Sequence record: MN850609.1 | Direction: 5' to 3' (one strand) | DNA length: 64,000 nucleotides | Origin: Escherichia phage dhaeg | Part shown: piece after piece, positions 8,403-18,760 of the stretch | Layout: each line of letters begins with the position of its first letter | How positions within the stretch are numbered: position 1 is the stretch's first letter | The notes under the pieces: generated by a model | Seen by the model: only the letters and a program-made list of their open reading frames with translations | The model's database searches: none | Told to the model about the DNA's origin: nothing | Program-made: the position numbers and the translations under genes

Positions 8403-10526
8403 ATGGAAAATTTAAACGAAGTTTTTGATAGTGATTCCGCTAAAAACTATCCAGTAACAAATCTTAAACCAGGCTCCGGTATCCCACAGATTTTCTCTAT
8501 TCAAGCACCAGGTAACGATAACCTGGTTGCTCGTATGGTATCTTATGCGTCTCAAGGAGACGCTATTAAAATGGTTAAGCCCGGCGACAAATACGTTCAT
8601 GTTATTTTAATGAGTTTGTCGAGCAAGGGTGCTCCAGCTGAACTAAAAGGTGGCCTTGGTTCCGACCCACTTGGTACATTGAATACTATTTTCGATACGA
8701 TATATGAACAAGTAAATAAACTTAAAATGGATGCGGTTTTGTTCCGTTTCCCTACCAAGAAAATGAAAGGTAAGGGCCCTACTGTTCAGCGTGTATTAGC
8801 TCGTTTGGCGATGGCACGTACCGGTGGTAAGTTTAAAGTTGTCGATAGCATGTTCCAGTTTAGTGGTAAACATACATACGTTCTTTTAGCACGTCGTGGC
8901 ACTAATATCGAAGATATCAAGGGTATGCCTGAAATTGATGCGGACCTTTATACCAAGGTTGAGTCTAAAGTCGGTGAAGTTTATGTTTCTAAGAAAACCG
9001 GCCAGGCCGTAAGTAAGGTCGAAGCCGTAGCAGCATCTATTGCACAGGTTGAAGAGAAACGTACCGATAAGGCTGTTATCTCTCGTACTAAAATTTCCCG
9101 TCGTATGGCTGCAGCAGCGCAGTATTCTACTGCCGAACCTGAAACTTTATCACCTAAAGAATTGCAGGTTTATAACGAGTTTGAAGCTTCCGTCCCTGTT
9201 CACTCGGCCGAAGGCCCTGAGAACGAAGGTATTGAACAAATTAGCCAGAACTTTAAAAAAGGTGCTATTACTAAAATGCGTCAGGCCTCTCAGTTTAAAT
9301 CTAAGAGTGAGGACCTTGCCAACTTTAGATACACCATTGCTCTCACACACGCTTTAATGACTGATAGTAAATTTAAACTAAATTATGCTAATAGAGATAA
9401 ACAAGGGTTTGAAATTTACTCTAATAATATGGCATTTTTTAATACGGAAGTCGATAGACTTTTAAGCGGCCTTTCTCAAATCAATACTACCAATAGTCTG
9501 GATATTATTAAGAGAATTGTTAATAACCTGAGTGCCCGTTTTCAGGGGTCTCCTTCAGAGAAAGCATCCCGAATTGCTTTCGCTATGGAAGCCGTTTATA
9601 AACTGATTAACGATTCTATTAGCGATGCATATGCTTATTCAGGCGAGCTCATTAAACCTAAGGGCTTGACCAAAGACGAAAGTAATGCCATTATTGAATA
9701 TTGTGCGGCTGAATATGCTCCTATGAACTTATTCCTTTTAGGTAAACCTGAATCCGAAAACAATACAACAGCTATTAAATTGATTAAGGATTTAGACTCA
9801 GCATTTACCAAGGGTATTAAACTTCCTAAGGGTACTATTTTGTATCGTGGTCAGGATTTACCATACAAAATTCTGCGCCATAATATTGATAACAAAACCT
9901 TTTACTTTAAGAACTTTGTATCCGCTTCATTAAAGCCTAATATCTTTGGTGAATTTGGTAAAAATTATATGGCCCTCGACAACCAAGCAGTTTTTGTTGG
10001 TGATGAAGGTTCTTTATCCTCCGCCGATGAGTTGTTTAAATTGGCCAGTGGTAGTTCATCTGACGTAGGTGAAGTTGATGATGAAGAGGTAGAATGGGAA
10101 GAAGACGAGTTTGGTAATCCAATTGCACCTGAAGGCCCTGCAGACAGGATTGCTGAAATTGGTATGGTTATTCGAGGTGCTGAAGCAGTTAAAGTTATCG
10201 CTCCTGGTGACCTTACAGAATATGCCGAAGAAGCGGAAATTATCCTTCCGCGCGGATTATTGTTGAAGGTTGATAAAGTAGCAGCTTTTGCTATGAATGA
10301 TAGGGTATCTCACAAATACCTTATGGAAGCTACAGTGACATCTCCTTCAGAACTCAGTGAGTCCGTTTACGATGGTGACCATCTGATGGAAACCGGCGAA
10401 GTTAAATTGATGAATGGGTTTAAAGAATTCCTAGTTTCAGAATCTGTTTCAGAAAGTAACGAGGCTATGGAAATCCTTGCTGCATCTTTGGACATCTCTT
10501 CTTTACCAAATAAATTCAAAATGTAG
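8403..10526 (+). CDS. Alt-type ADP-ribosyltransferase, paralogue 2
   Basis: 707 aa; first about 180 aa strongly similar to paralogue 1; own R-S-ExE triad (ILYRGQ / FVSASL / AEEAEIILPRG); divergent centre and an acidic insertion (DDEEVEWEEDEFG). Confidence 0.8.
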   Translation: MENLNEVFDSDSAKNYPVTNLKPGSGIPQIFSIQAPGNDNLVARMVSYASQGDAIKMVKPGDKYVHVILMSLSSKGAPAELKGGLGSDPLGTLNTIFDTIYEQVNKLKMDAVLFRFPTKKMKGKGPTVQRVLARLAMARTGGKFKVVDSMFQFSGKHTYVLLARRGTNIEDIKGMPEIDADLYTKVESKVGEVYVSKKTGQAVSKVEAVAASIAQVEEKRTDKAVISRTKISRRMAAAAQYSTAEPETLSPKELQVYNEFEASVPVHSAEGPENEGIEQISQNFKKGAITKMRQASQFKSKSEDLANFRYTIALTHALMTDSKFKLNYANRDKQGFEIYSNNMAFFNTEVDRLLSGLSQINTTNSLDIIKRIVNNLSARFQGSPSEKASRIAFAMEAVYKLINDSISDAYAYSGELIKPKGLTKDESNAIIEYCAAEYAPMNLFLLGKPESENNTTAIKLIKDLDSAFTKGIKLPKGTILYRGQDLPYKILRHNIDNKTFYFKNFVSASLKPNIFGEFGKNYMALDNQAVFVGDEGSLSSADELFKLASGSSSDVGEVDDEEVEWEEDEFGNPIAPEGPADRIAEIGMVIRGAEAVKVIAPGDLTEYAEEAEIILPRGLLLKVDKVAAFAMNDRVSHKYLMEATVTSPSELSESVYDGDHLMETGEVKLMNGFKEFLVSESVSESNEAMEILAASLDISSLPNKFKM

Positions 10527-10555
10527 TTTACAACACCACAAGGATGTGGTACTAT
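10526..10555 (+). promoter_or_regulatory. candidate early promoter GTTTAC-18-TACTAT with internal hairpin
   Basis: Same architecture as the promoters at 1850, 25527, 62616 and 62967; hairpin accaca-agga-tgtggt between -35 and -10. Confidence 0.4.
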
Positions 10556-10583
10556 TACCTTACACAAACATGAGGAGAACATT

Positions 10584-10874
10584 ATGAAATCTGCATTCCG
10601 TTTTAATGGTCAAGAACTGGTAGTTGAAAACGTTATCCCTGCTTCTGAAGAGTTCGACAGTGCAGTAGGTAATGAATTACGTCGAGTTTTCGGCGAAGAC
10701 AAACAGTTCGACTTACGCCCGGTTGAAAATTTTTCACAACCTGAGCAAACCGAAAATATTTTTAATGGTGTAGTAACCGGTCAGCTTGAATCTGAAGCTC
10801 CTATTTCTATCACGGTCTTTGTTAAAAAGCAGCCATTAATGACCGCTGCAGGTTTTATCTCGTTCCGTAAATAA
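10584..10874 (+). CDS. hypothetical protein (96 aa) downstream of alt
   Basis: ORF with gaggag SD; followed by a bidirectional terminator. Confidence 0.5.
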   Translation: MKSAFRFNGQELVVENVIPASEEFDSAVGNELRRVFGEDKQFDLRPVENFSQPEQTENIFNGVVTGQLESEAPISITVFVKKQPLMTAAGFISFRK

Positions 10875-10880
10875 ACCCCT

Positions 10881-10906
10881 AAAGGAGAGCGTAAGCTCTC
10901 CTTTTT
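10881..10906. terminator. bidirectional terminator between the 10584 ORF and gene 54
   Basis: 10-bp stem aaaggagagc/gctctccttt, loop gtaa, T tract on the plus strand and A tract (T on minus) upstream. Confidence 0.7.
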
Positions 10907-10908
10907 TG

Positions 10909-11862
10909 TTATAACAACCTGGATACTCCATTATTAATAGCACGCCCACCAAATGTATTAACCAACCCGGTCAATCCACTAGAAGCTCCTGAAAGTCTAC
11001 TTAATTTAGCTACAGAAGAACTTAATGAGTTACTCTCACTTATACCTGCTACGCCTTTAAGGACTTTATCTTCCAGCCATTCATAAGCAGCTTGTTTACC
11101 GACTGCACCCGTCTGTACACTTCTATAAGCAAATGTAACATCAAACGAAGCAATCTGGTTATCGCCATCATAAGATAATTCCGGCGATGAAACACTTACA
11201 GGAACACATCCATTAAGCATTACTACCGTATGTGGCAATCCATTACGAGAATGAAGGTTGACTTGGATATCGGCTTCAACATCCTCTGGCAATGCTCTTA
11301 ATTGTGTAATAGGGTCTTGGACACTGTTGACCCAATCATTAAAAGCACGGTAGTTAGCAGCTTCAGAATCCATACGGAAGCTTAATACCAATGGAGAATA
11401 TTCTCTTCCGGTAATTTTGATATTAGGCGAGTTGTGATTCAAATCCATTTCATAGTTCAAAGTATTATCTGGGATTTTAACAGCATGGACTAAAAGACCT
11501 GCCGTAGGATAAGCCATATTGAAAAAATCCATCAGATAAGTCCCGACTTCAAACTCACCTAGTAAGCTCTGCACAACCCTGGATGACATAGCACCAATCA
11601 GATATTTACTTATGCCTGACTTACGAATCAACTTCTGAGTGCCCGCGGTCACTAATGTCGTAACACCTTGAGTCAACTCTCCTTGAGTAATTCCAAACAA
11701 ATCAGTGTTCAATGGGATATTGTTAAATAAAGCTCCACCGAACTGGTCGAGGAGCGCTTGGGATTTAGAAGAAGGAACTGTAGCAAATACTACACTAAAC
11801 AGGTTATTCCTCTGTAGGTCAATATTAATTGCCTGGTTTTGAAATTCTTGTAAAGTATACAT
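10909..11862 (-). CDS. 54: baseplate tail-tube initiator (gp54)
   Basis: 317 aa (T4 gp54 about 320); synteny 54-48-29-28-27-51. Confidence 0.85.
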   Translation of the reverse strand: MYTLQEFQNQAINIDLQRNNLFSVVFATVPSSKSQALLDQFGGALFNNIPLNTDLFGITQGELTQGVTTLVTAGTQKLIRKSGISKYLIGAMSSRVVQSLLGEFEVGTYLMDFFNMAYPTAGLLVHAVKIPDNTLNYEMDLNHNSPNIKITGREYSPLVLSFRMDSEAANYRAFNDWVNSVQDPITQLRALPEDVEADIQVNLHSRNGLPHTVVMLNGCVPVSVSSPELSYDGDNQIASFDVTFAYRSVQTGAVGKQAAYEWLEDKVLKGVAGISESNSLSSSVAKLSRLSGASSGLTGLVNTFGGRAINNGVSRLL

Positions 11863-12950
11863 TAGAATCCTTCCGTATAAAGTGAGCCACGGTTCAAAGT
11901 AATGATTTCACGGAAAGTAACTTCTAAACTAAACGTAGATGGTAAGTTAGGAGCAATAGCCAAACCGTTAAAATGTCCATCAGGAGTTTTATCAAATCGT
12001 ATACTTTGGATTTGGCAGGGTCCGAAAATATCTTCACGGCCATCGTATGAACTACTATCACCAAAGTTTCGAATATACCAAATAGTTGGGTTACTTACCA
12101 CAATAACATTAGAAAGGAAGCTCGTAATACCTTCGCCTAATAGTTTGCCGTCAAAGTTATCAATAGCTTCTTTTTTAAATGTGGAACGGTACCAAGTATC
12201 AATCTTCTCTTTTAATTCACCGGCGAAGGCAGAGTTACCGGTTTCACCATAAGAATAGTAATTAAAGATTTCGTATATTTTAATAATCTGAATAAGGTCT
12301 TGGGCGTTTCTAGGGGTCATTTCCCAAGTAAATACCTTAGTACGGTTATCTGGCCCTGCATACATACTACGGGCGGTTGTGTATATTTGCTCACCTGAAT
12401 CGGCCATTACGCCGTTAGTTACGGATTCCAATGCTCCAAATACAGCAGTACTGGCAACGTTACTCAAAATACCGGTAGCAGTACCACCACCTTTAGTAAT
12501 TAATGATTCGCCTACATCATTAAATTTATGGGTAACCGAATCAACATCAGATTTAGAACGTGGGAGCAAAATATTGGCTAAAGCCTGGCTATCAAATTTA
12601 ACTCCTTTAGAGTTGTTACTAAACAAGTTTTTAACCGCACTGAATCCTCCGGTATTACCGGTAAGTTTACTAGCGGCTTTTGAAAACTTTTTAGTCATTT
12701 GGCTTGAACGGTCATTACGCAAATCGGGTGATACACGAGAGCTAAAATTATATGCTGTAAAAAGTAGCCCGTTTTTATATAAATCGCTTAACACCATATC
12801 CGTAGAGGTGTCATTACCAGAGGCCCTTTCTGCCGGGTATTGGGCCGTTACTGTAGTTTGGACCGGTTTAGCTTTAGACTGGCCGGCGGAGGTCTTTGAA
12901 CCTCCTTTAAACAAGGAGGCTACGTCAATGTCAATTTCTTTTACTTTCAT
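11862..12950 (-). CDS. 48: baseplate tail-tube cap (gp48)
   Basis: About 362 aa from the ATG two codons inside the TTG-initiated listed ORF, with AGGAT SD; T4 gp48 is about 364 aa. Confidence 0.85.
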   Translation of the reverse strand: MKVKEIDIDVASLFKGGSKTSAGQSKAKPVQTTVTAQYPAERASGNDTSTDMVLSDLYKNGLLFTAYNFSSRVSPDLRNDRSSQMTKKFSKAASKLTGNTGGFSAVKNLFSNNSKGVKFDSQALANILLPRSKSDVDSVTHKFNDVGESLITKGGGTATGILSNVASTAVFGALESVTNGVMADSGEQIYTTARSMYAGPDNRTKVFTWEMTPRNAQDLIQIIKIYEIFNYYSYGETGNSAFAGELKEKIDTWYRSTFKKEAIDNFDGKLLGEGITSFLSNVIVVSNPTIWYIRNFGDSSSYDGREDIFGPCQIQSIRFDKTPDGHFNGLAIAPNLPSTFSLEVTFREIITLNRGSLYTEGF

Positions 12951-12958
12951 TATCAATC

Positions 12959-14695
12959 CTAATTAACTTTAGTAGCTTGACGCATACCAGGAGCAGGAGT
13001 AGAAGACTGTGGTGGTAAATTATAACTGGTCTTACTCGTTTTCTTGATATTCGTTTGCTGATTTATTTGAGTTGGAGCTTGCTGACTATATTTAGCATTT
13101 TCCTTTGCTCTCATTTGCTCGTCAACCTTTTTAACCTGGGTGTTTTCAGGAGATTCCGCTACAGAAGCAGGTTTAGGCTTTTCAGCTTCGTTAAATTTCT
13201 CTAAAGATTTATTCATCTTATCAAGTAATTGCTGGATATTAAGGTCCTTAGGTGCTCCACCTTTAGCCATAATAGGGTCAGCCAATTGTTTCTCGATATC
13301 CGCTTTAAATGCCTTGGCATTTTCGATATCTTTAGAATCAGGCTTCATTATATTATCGGCGGTTTGAGTTAAACGAATAATATCGGCCTGTGCTTTATCA
13401 CGTTTCTTGAAATACTCTAAACGTTCTTCTTCAGGGAGGTCACGGAAGCTTGTGTCAATTCCACCTGCGCGTAATTGGTCAGCTTGTTCTTTAGTAAGGT
13501 TACCGTATTTCTCTGCCTGGTTTATAAGCTCGGGTTTATCCTTATACTTCTTATTCATTTTCTCGGCTGCTTCTAAAGCCTCGGCAGAACGTCTATCATG
13601 ATACTTGGCTACTTTAGTTTGGTCTTCGTCATCTAAAGTGGCTCCGGTATTTTGTTGATATGACATTAAAGCGGATGCCTCTACGTTTTCAGCCAACTCG
13701 CCCATACCTGGTATTTTACTTAAAATAGCAGAAATCAATTTAGAAATACCGAGCATTAACAGTTGTGCCATATTTTTGGTAAGATTAACCATACCGCGAA
13801 TAATAGCTTCTGCCAGACCTAGCCAATTTCTTTCGCTAAACATAGCTTCAGCATTCTTGGCCCAGGTCATTAAGCCTTCAAGTACAGGTCCCCACTCTTT
13901 AAACTTATCGTTAAATTTTTTCCATCCTTCATTAAATTGGTCCATGAAATATTGGAAGTATACACGAATAGCATCTATACCAAATATTAAAAGGGCTAAA
14001 CCTGCGGCAAGTTTAGCGGCTTCTGCAGCAGCAGTAATAGTATACTTAAAAAGCATGCCTGAAATTCTATCAGCGACGCCTATAGAAGCTTTAAATCCTT
14101 TTTCGGTTATTTTTGTAAGGGCTTCGATTTTATCAGAAAGAGAAGACTTATCACCTTCTTTACCTTCATCCGAATTTTTAGGAGGCTCTGGCATAAATTC
14201 GGCGTCAGGTTTATTATCTTCAGGCGGAAGAATATCTTCAACAACAGCAGGGACTTTAGGAGTTTCGGCCTTGGGTTCTTCCGGAATAGAGTCTTCAATA
14301 ACCTTTAATGAGCTCCCGTCCGGTGGAATAGAAATACCGGAAAATTTAGCCTCCAACATATTAGAAAGCTTATTAATCTTTTCGTTTAATGCATCCGAAA
14401 GAGCTTTAGACTGTTGGGTTTGTTCTGATATAGCTTCAGCTGTTAATTCTGTTCCAGCGACAACGTCTTGGACGCTTTTATCTACTCTATCTACAGAATT
14501 AATAATCTGATTGGACTTTGTCTCAACCACTTCAGAGAGCAATTCAGACGCCGCCTGGGAATCAGATAAAACATCTGATATATTTCCTAATTCATCGTTC
14601 TGAGTTTGGGCTAGCGCCTCAGCACGACGCTGAGGAGCCATTTCTTCAATCAGTTTATTGCGACGAAAACTATTCTGATTAGATTCATTCTTCAT
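12959..14695 (-). CDS. 29: tail-length tape measure / baseplate hub protein (gp29)
   Basis: 578 aa (T4 gp29 about 590); N-terminus [19 protein letters not shown]; coiled-coil-rich. Confidence 0.85.
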   Translation of the reverse strand: MKNESNQNSFRRNKLIEEMAPQRRAEALAQTQNDELGNISDVLSDSQAASELLSEVVETKSNQIINSVDRVDKSVQDVVAGTELTAEAISEQTQQSKALSDALNEKINKLSNMLEAKFSGISIPPDGSSLKVIEDSIPEEPKAETPKVPAVVEDILPPEDNKPDAEFMPEPPKNSDEGKEGDKSSLSDKIEALTKITEKGFKASIGVADRISGMLFKYTITAAAEAAKLAAGLALLIFGIDAIRVYFQYFMDQFNEGWKKFNDKFKEWGPVLEGLMTWAKNAEAMFSERNWLGLAEAIIRGMVNLTKNMAQLLMLGISKLISAILSKIPGMGELAENVEASALMSYQQNTGATLDDEDQTKVAKYHDRRSAEALEAAEKMNKKYKDKPELINQAEKYGNLTKEQADQLRAGGIDTSFRDLPEEERLEYFKKRDKAQADIIRLTQTADNIMKPDSKDIENAKAFKADIEKQLADPIMAKGGAPKDLNIQQLLDKMNKSLEKFNEAEKPKPASVAESPENTQVKKVDEQMRAKENAKYSQQAPTQINQQTNIKKTSKTSYNLPPQSSTPAPGMRQATKVN

Positions 14696-15206
14696 TTAAG
14701 ATATCCATGATTTTAAGCAATCCTTTGATAGGACCATTAGGACCAGGGATAGCTACAGTAGAAGTTATATCGTCGGCCCATGTAGCAACAAAGGCAGGCA
14801 TATCCAGAAAATCTGGTACATCGTTACCAAGGTAAAGAGATTGTAATACACTATCAACCGGACCAAAGGTTTGGAATGGTTCGTGCGATTTGAATTTAAA
14901 TGTTTTACCTTGGAATTGGAATTCAAGTCGCTGGCAGATATAAAGGTCATTTAGGTTATACGTAAACCCGTCCTTAGTTACCTTTTCTTTCAACCGTCCG
15001 TTGAATTCTAAAAGATGAAGAGCAGCGAAATCGGTTTCGGCCGCAGTTAAACCCTTATAAATGGAATTCATTAATATATGAAGAGCTTTATATGGGTCTT
15101 TTTCATCTTTAACCAATTTTTGGTGTTTAAGACCTAATTTAGGAATGGAAATCTCTTTATCACCCAGCGTTATTTTCTTGATCGGGAGTATCAGTTTTAA
15201 GTTCAT
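14685..15206 (-). CDS. 28: baseplate distal hub protein (gp28)
   Basis: 173 aa from the internal ATG with GAAGG SD (T4 gp28 about 177); overlaps the gp27 3' end in another frame. Confidence 0.75.
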   Translation of the reverse strand: MNLKLILPIKKITLGDKEISIPKLGLKHQKLVKDEKDPYKALHILMNSIYKGLTAAETDFAALHLLEFNGRLKEKVTKDGFTYNLNDLYICQRLEFQFQGKTFKFKSHEPFQTFGPVDSVLQSLYLGNDVPDFLDMPAFVATWADDITSTVAIPGPNGPIKGLLKIMDILNEE

Positions 15207-16329
15207 TTTTAACCTTCGGTGGTTCTTCAATCTTAATAGGCTTACCATTAGTAAACATATAAAGGTTTGTAATTGATGTATTGTTACTCACTTCATGAAT
15301 AACTTCGTCTACATAAAAATCGTACTGGAATTGGTTTTTAGGGTCATAGAAATTAATCTTATCACCTGGAGTTAATTCAAAGTTACCGTATACCTTACAA
15401 TGAGCATAGCCATCATACTGGGCCATTGTAACTAATCTATCAGCTTCTTCAAATCCGTTTCGGTAGGTATAATCAGAATATCCACCTGAACGAGAAACCA
15501 ATATACTGTTTTGTCCATCACCAAAAGTAATTCGTGTAGCGTTTTTATCTAGGAACGAATGGGCATATACTGTAGCATTTTCGTATGGCTTTCTGGTATG
15601 TTGGTTAGCTTTAGTTAGCCACTCAAAATCAAATGCAATAGGGGTATCCATATCTTGGACGTATTGGCCTATTAAACGAGGCTCACCAACCACAAAATTG
15701 ATAGGCTCCTGATTAACCATAAATTCGTAGTCCATGATAGAAATACCATCTATATCTTCCCAGACAAATACAAATTTATCGGATTCAACAGCCATACCTA
15801 CTTCTCGCACAAATTCCATATATCTGTCCATAGAATCACACCACGGAACATTAGGAACGTAAACGTTTATTCCGTTCAAAGGAGGAGCAAGTAACGGACG
15901 GTCTTGGTAAATAACACCAATCATTTCTGTTAATGTTTCTTGAACGCTAGGGAAGAACATACGTCCGAATTTAAGATTTTCTAAAAAGTGGATAGGGGCG
16001 AGTTGTATTGTTATGATATTGTCGCCCTTAGAATCCACCCCTACTGCAAAGTGTTTACTTCCGTAAATTCTTGATTGGGTACGTTCAGAGTTGGCATTCT
16101 TAACAGAAACTTGGATAATTTGTTCACCATCCATTTTAGTATGAAGGTTTTTTGCATCATAAAACTGGAGCAATCCTTCATTACTACCGTAAAGGCCATC
16201 ACGCATTGTTAGGGTAGTAAATGTCGCGCCTAGTTCAACAAAACGATGCTCTAACCAGGCGTCATAATCTTCGTAAAGGCGTATACTAATATTAGGAAAG
16301 CCTTCACGCTGCATAGTTTTTGAACTCAT
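15160..16329 (-). CDS. 27: baseplate hub protein (gp27)
   Basis: 389 aa (T4 gp27 391); N-terminus ...[41 protein letters not shown] resembles T4 gp27. Confidence 0.9.
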   Translation of the reverse strand: MSSKTMQREGFPNISIRLYEDYDAWLEHRFVELGATFTTLTMRDGLYGSNEGLLQFYDAKNLHTKMDGEQIIQVSVKNANSERTQSRIYGSKHFAVGVDSKGDNIITIQLAPIHFLENLKFGRMFFPSVQETLTEMIGVIYQDRPLLAPPLNGINVYVPNVPWCDSMDRYMEFVREVGMAVESDKFVFVWEDIDGISIMDYEFMVNQEPINFVVGEPRLIGQYVQDMDTPIAFDFEWLTKANQHTRKPYENATVYAHSFLDKNATRITFGDGQNSILVSRSGGYSDYTYRNGFEEADRLVTMAQYDGYAHCKVYGNFELTPGDKINFYDPKNQFQYDFYVDEVIHEVSNNTSITNLYMFTNGKPIKIEEPPKVKNELKTDTPDQENNAG

Positions 16330-17078
16330 TTCTTAAGGTCCTTTTCAACCAAAGACAAAGCAATACCGCGTTCGATTGGAATCATCTGCATAATGCTTTC
16401 TAATGAATAATTGTTCTTTACCAATAAATGGTTTATTTGGTAAAATAAAAATATCTCATCCGGATTGACTATAAGCTTAAACACCTCTAAAATATCGGTA
16501 TACGTAATTGTTCTACGATTACAGCATCCATATTTGAGTTCGAAATGAATAGGGCTTGTTTGTTTGACTATATCCTCTAAAGTGGATAAGTCTATAGCAT
16601 CTATTACGGCCAACTGGTCTTCTTCAGAAAGGTCAGTCCAATTATATGTCCCATTTTCATCTTCGACGGTTTGGAGGGTGTTCAAAATCAATTCAGATTT
16701 GTCGTGATATTCTATTTCCGGAAATTTGAATGTTAGTTTCAAGCCAGCCACTTCAATTGTAGGGTTATCTAACTTGGCCTGTTTCAAATTGAATAAGACT
16801 TGTTTATCCTTTTCACACTTACTGCAAGTGTATCGGATAGGAATTTTGGTCTTGCCGAGTGATGACGTGTAAAGTTCAATGAACATATACGGGCGCCATG
16901 ACATAGGATATTCACCGAAGTATTCTTCCAGTAACTCATCTAAAATTTGTTTTTGCTCTTCAGGTGATTTATTATTCATGTCATTTCGAATCAAAATAAA
17001 ATCACGATAATCAGCTACTGTAAAAGGTTTAAATCGGTGGACTCCATCGGGCATTTCACAACGTACTATATTAGCCAT
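16326..17078 (-). CDS. 51: baseplate hub assembly catalyst (gp51)
   Basis: 250 aa from the internal ATG ([12 protein letters not shown]...) with AAGAGGA SD; T4 gp51 about 249 aa. Confidence 0.75.
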   Translation of the reverse strand: MANIVRCEMPDGVHRFKPFTVADYRDFILIRNDMNNKSPEEQKQILDELLEEYFGEYPMSWRPYMFIELYTSSLGKTKIPIRYTCSKCEKDKQVLFNLKQAKLDNPTIEVAGLKLTFKFPEIEYHDKSELILNTLQTVEDENGTYNWTDLSEEDQLAVIDAIDLSTLEDIVKQTSPIHFELKYGCCNRRTITYTDILEVFKLIVNPDEIFLFYQINHLLVKNNYSLESIMQMIPIERGIALSLVEKDLKK

Positions 17079-17098
17079 AGGGTGTCCTCTTATTGATG

Positions 17099-17110
17099 TA
17101 TTTATAAATA
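17099..17110. promoter_or_regulatory. palindromic divergent late promoter TATTTATAAATA between genes 51 and 26
   Basis: Perfect 12-nt palindrome containing TATAAATA on both strands, about 20 nt upstream of each divergent start codon. Confidence 0.6.
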
Positions 17111-17128
17111 AGCTTAAAGGAGAAGACA

Positions 17129-17752
17129 ATGAATTATACTTTTGACGTAAAAATTAAAAACAAAACCATAAAATGCAGAGCATTTACCCTCAGAGAGTAT
17201 AAGGACTTGCTCCAAGCTAAATTAGAAGGCAGAATAGAGTCCTTTATCAATGAACTCATTTCGAATTGCACAGATGCTCGTGATTTAAACAAGCAAGAAT
17301 CTGAGCTCCTGGTGATAAACCTGTGGGCCCATTCATTAGCTGAAGTTAATATAGAACGTGAGTGGGTTTGTAGTTGTGGTCGCTCACAGGTTGTTCCTAT
17401 GACACTAACTCGCGCAACATTAGGTAAAGAGCCAGATGTTATTAAAGACTTTGGCAACTTTAAAATCGTGTTCAGATATCCTAAACTCTTTGAAGATAAA
17501 AATAGAGCTATGATGGTCGCAGGGTGTATCGATTATATTTTAACTTCTGCAGGCGAAAAGCTTTTTCTTTCCGATTTAAGTGATGCGGAACTTGATGACC
17601 TTTATTCTGTGATAACAGAAAAAGATATAAAAGAAGTTTATGATGCTCTAGTTGCCCCTAAGCCTATTTTGGCCATACCTATTTCTTGTGAATGTGGTGA
17701 ACATACCGTCCATGTTATTGAGGGACTTAAAGAGTTCTTTAAGGTGATGTAA
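17129..17752 (+). CDS. 26: baseplate hub subunit (gp26)
   Basis: 207 aa (T4 gp26 about 208); AGGAG SD; divergent from 51 as in T4. Confidence 0.75.
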   Translation: MNYTFDVKIKNKTIKCRAFTLREYKDLLQAKLEGRIESFINELISNCTDARDLNKQESELLVINLWAHSLAEVNIEREWVCSCGRSQVVPMTLTRATLGKEPDVIKDFGNFKIVFRYPKLFEDKNRAMMVAGCIDYILTSAGEKLFLSDLSDAELDDLYSVITEKDIKEVYDALVAPKPILAIPISCECGEHTVHVIEGLKEFFKVM

Positions 17753-18141
17753 TGAATATCAATAAAATGTATTCAGATTTAGACCCTGAAATGAGGACGT
17801 CTTGGAATAGAGACGTCGCTAAAGCTACAGGGGCCCGTGCAGTAAAAAACAGTTTGCTAGGCATTATTACCACCCGTAAGGGTTCTCGCCCTTTTATGCC
17901 TGAATTTGGTTGTGATATCAGTAATCAACTATTTGAGAATATTACTCCATTAATCACAGATACCATTAAGCGTAATATAGTTTCCGCTGTGCGGAACTTC
18001 GAACCTAGAATTTCTGCTCTTGCCGTAGGCGTTACCCCTGTTTATGATGACAACTCTATTATAGTAACTGTCCAGTTTAGTATTGTTGATGACCCGGATA
18101 CATTAGAGCAAATTAGAATCCAGCTCTCACAGAGTGGTTAA
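17752..18141 (+). CDS. 25: baseplate wedge protein gp25 (gpW/lysozyme-like fold)
   Basis: 129 aa; MNINKMYSDLDPEMRTSWNRD...GSRPFMPEFGCDISNQLFEN...VQFSIVDDPDTLEQIRIQL matches remembered T4 gp25 almost residue by residue. Confidence 0.92.
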   Translation: MNINKMYSDLDPEMRTSWNRDVAKATGARAVKNSLLGIITTRKGSRPFMPEFGCDISNQLFENITPLITDTIKRNIVSAVRNFEPRISALAVGVTPVYDDNSIIVTVQFSIVDDPDTLEQIRIQLSQSG

Positions 18142-18199
18142 TTGCTGTTCAAATGAATAGTGTATAATGGTCCTATGGTTATTACACAGGAAACATGCG

Positions 18200-18634
18200 A
18201 TGAGTAAAGAGATTGAATATAAATTGGAATCATTCCAAGATGCATTAGATGAAGATTTAAAGATTGATGGGACCCGTTTACAGTATGAAGTACAGAACAA
18301 CGTTTTGCTGCACAGCAAATGGCTAAGGCTGTATACGAATTGTAAGAAAGAGATAATGCGATTAGAAATCCAGAAAAAGACCTCTCTTAAGAAGCGATTA
18401 GATTTCTACACGGGACGTGGAGAGCCCGGTGATGAGGTTTGTATGGACCAGTATGAGAAGTCAGAATTAAAGACTGTAATGGCCGCAGATTCTAGCGTGA
18501 TTAAAATAGATACATCAATTCAATATTGGGCTTTATTACAGGACTTTTGTAGTTCAGCCCTTGATGCTATTAAAGCGCGAGGTTTTAACCTTAAGACCAT
18601 GCATGAGATGAGGCAATTTGAGGCAGGTAAATAA
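18200..18634 (+). CDS. uvsY: recombination mediator UvsY
   Basis: About 144 aa from the internal ATG with AGGAAA SD; TRLQYEVQNNVLLHSKWLRLY...YEKSELKTVMAAD...IQYWALLQDFCSSALDAIKARGF...FEAGK matches remembered T4 UvsY. Confidence 0.88.
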   Translation: MSKEIEYKLESFQDALDEDLKIDGTRLQYEVQNNVLLHSKWLRLYTNCKKEIMRLEIQKKTSLKKRLDFYTGRGEPGDEVCMDQYEKSELKTVMAADSSVIKIDTSIQYWALLQDFCSSALDAIKARGFNLKTMHEMRQFEAGK

Positions 18635-18732
18635 TGAGACGTACTAAAAATACCAAACCCATTAAAGTAGATGCCGATAAGATGAAACTTCTCCAAGAAT
18701 TCATTAATGCCGCTTTAGCAAGTAATAAATAG
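18634..18732 (+). CDS. small ORF (32 aa), uvsY.-1-like by position
   Basis: TAATG-coupled ORF MRRTKNTKPIKVDADKMKLLQEFINAALASNK; called by position only. Confidence 0.3.
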   Translation: MRRTKNTKPIKVDADKMKLLQEFINAALASNK

Positions 18733-18760
18733 ATATGTAAGATAAACTAAGGAGACAATC

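Noticed and set aside
13776-14510. 244-aa plus-strand ORF antisense to gene 29
   Set aside because: Ser/Leu-rich shadow ORF inside the gp29 coding region.
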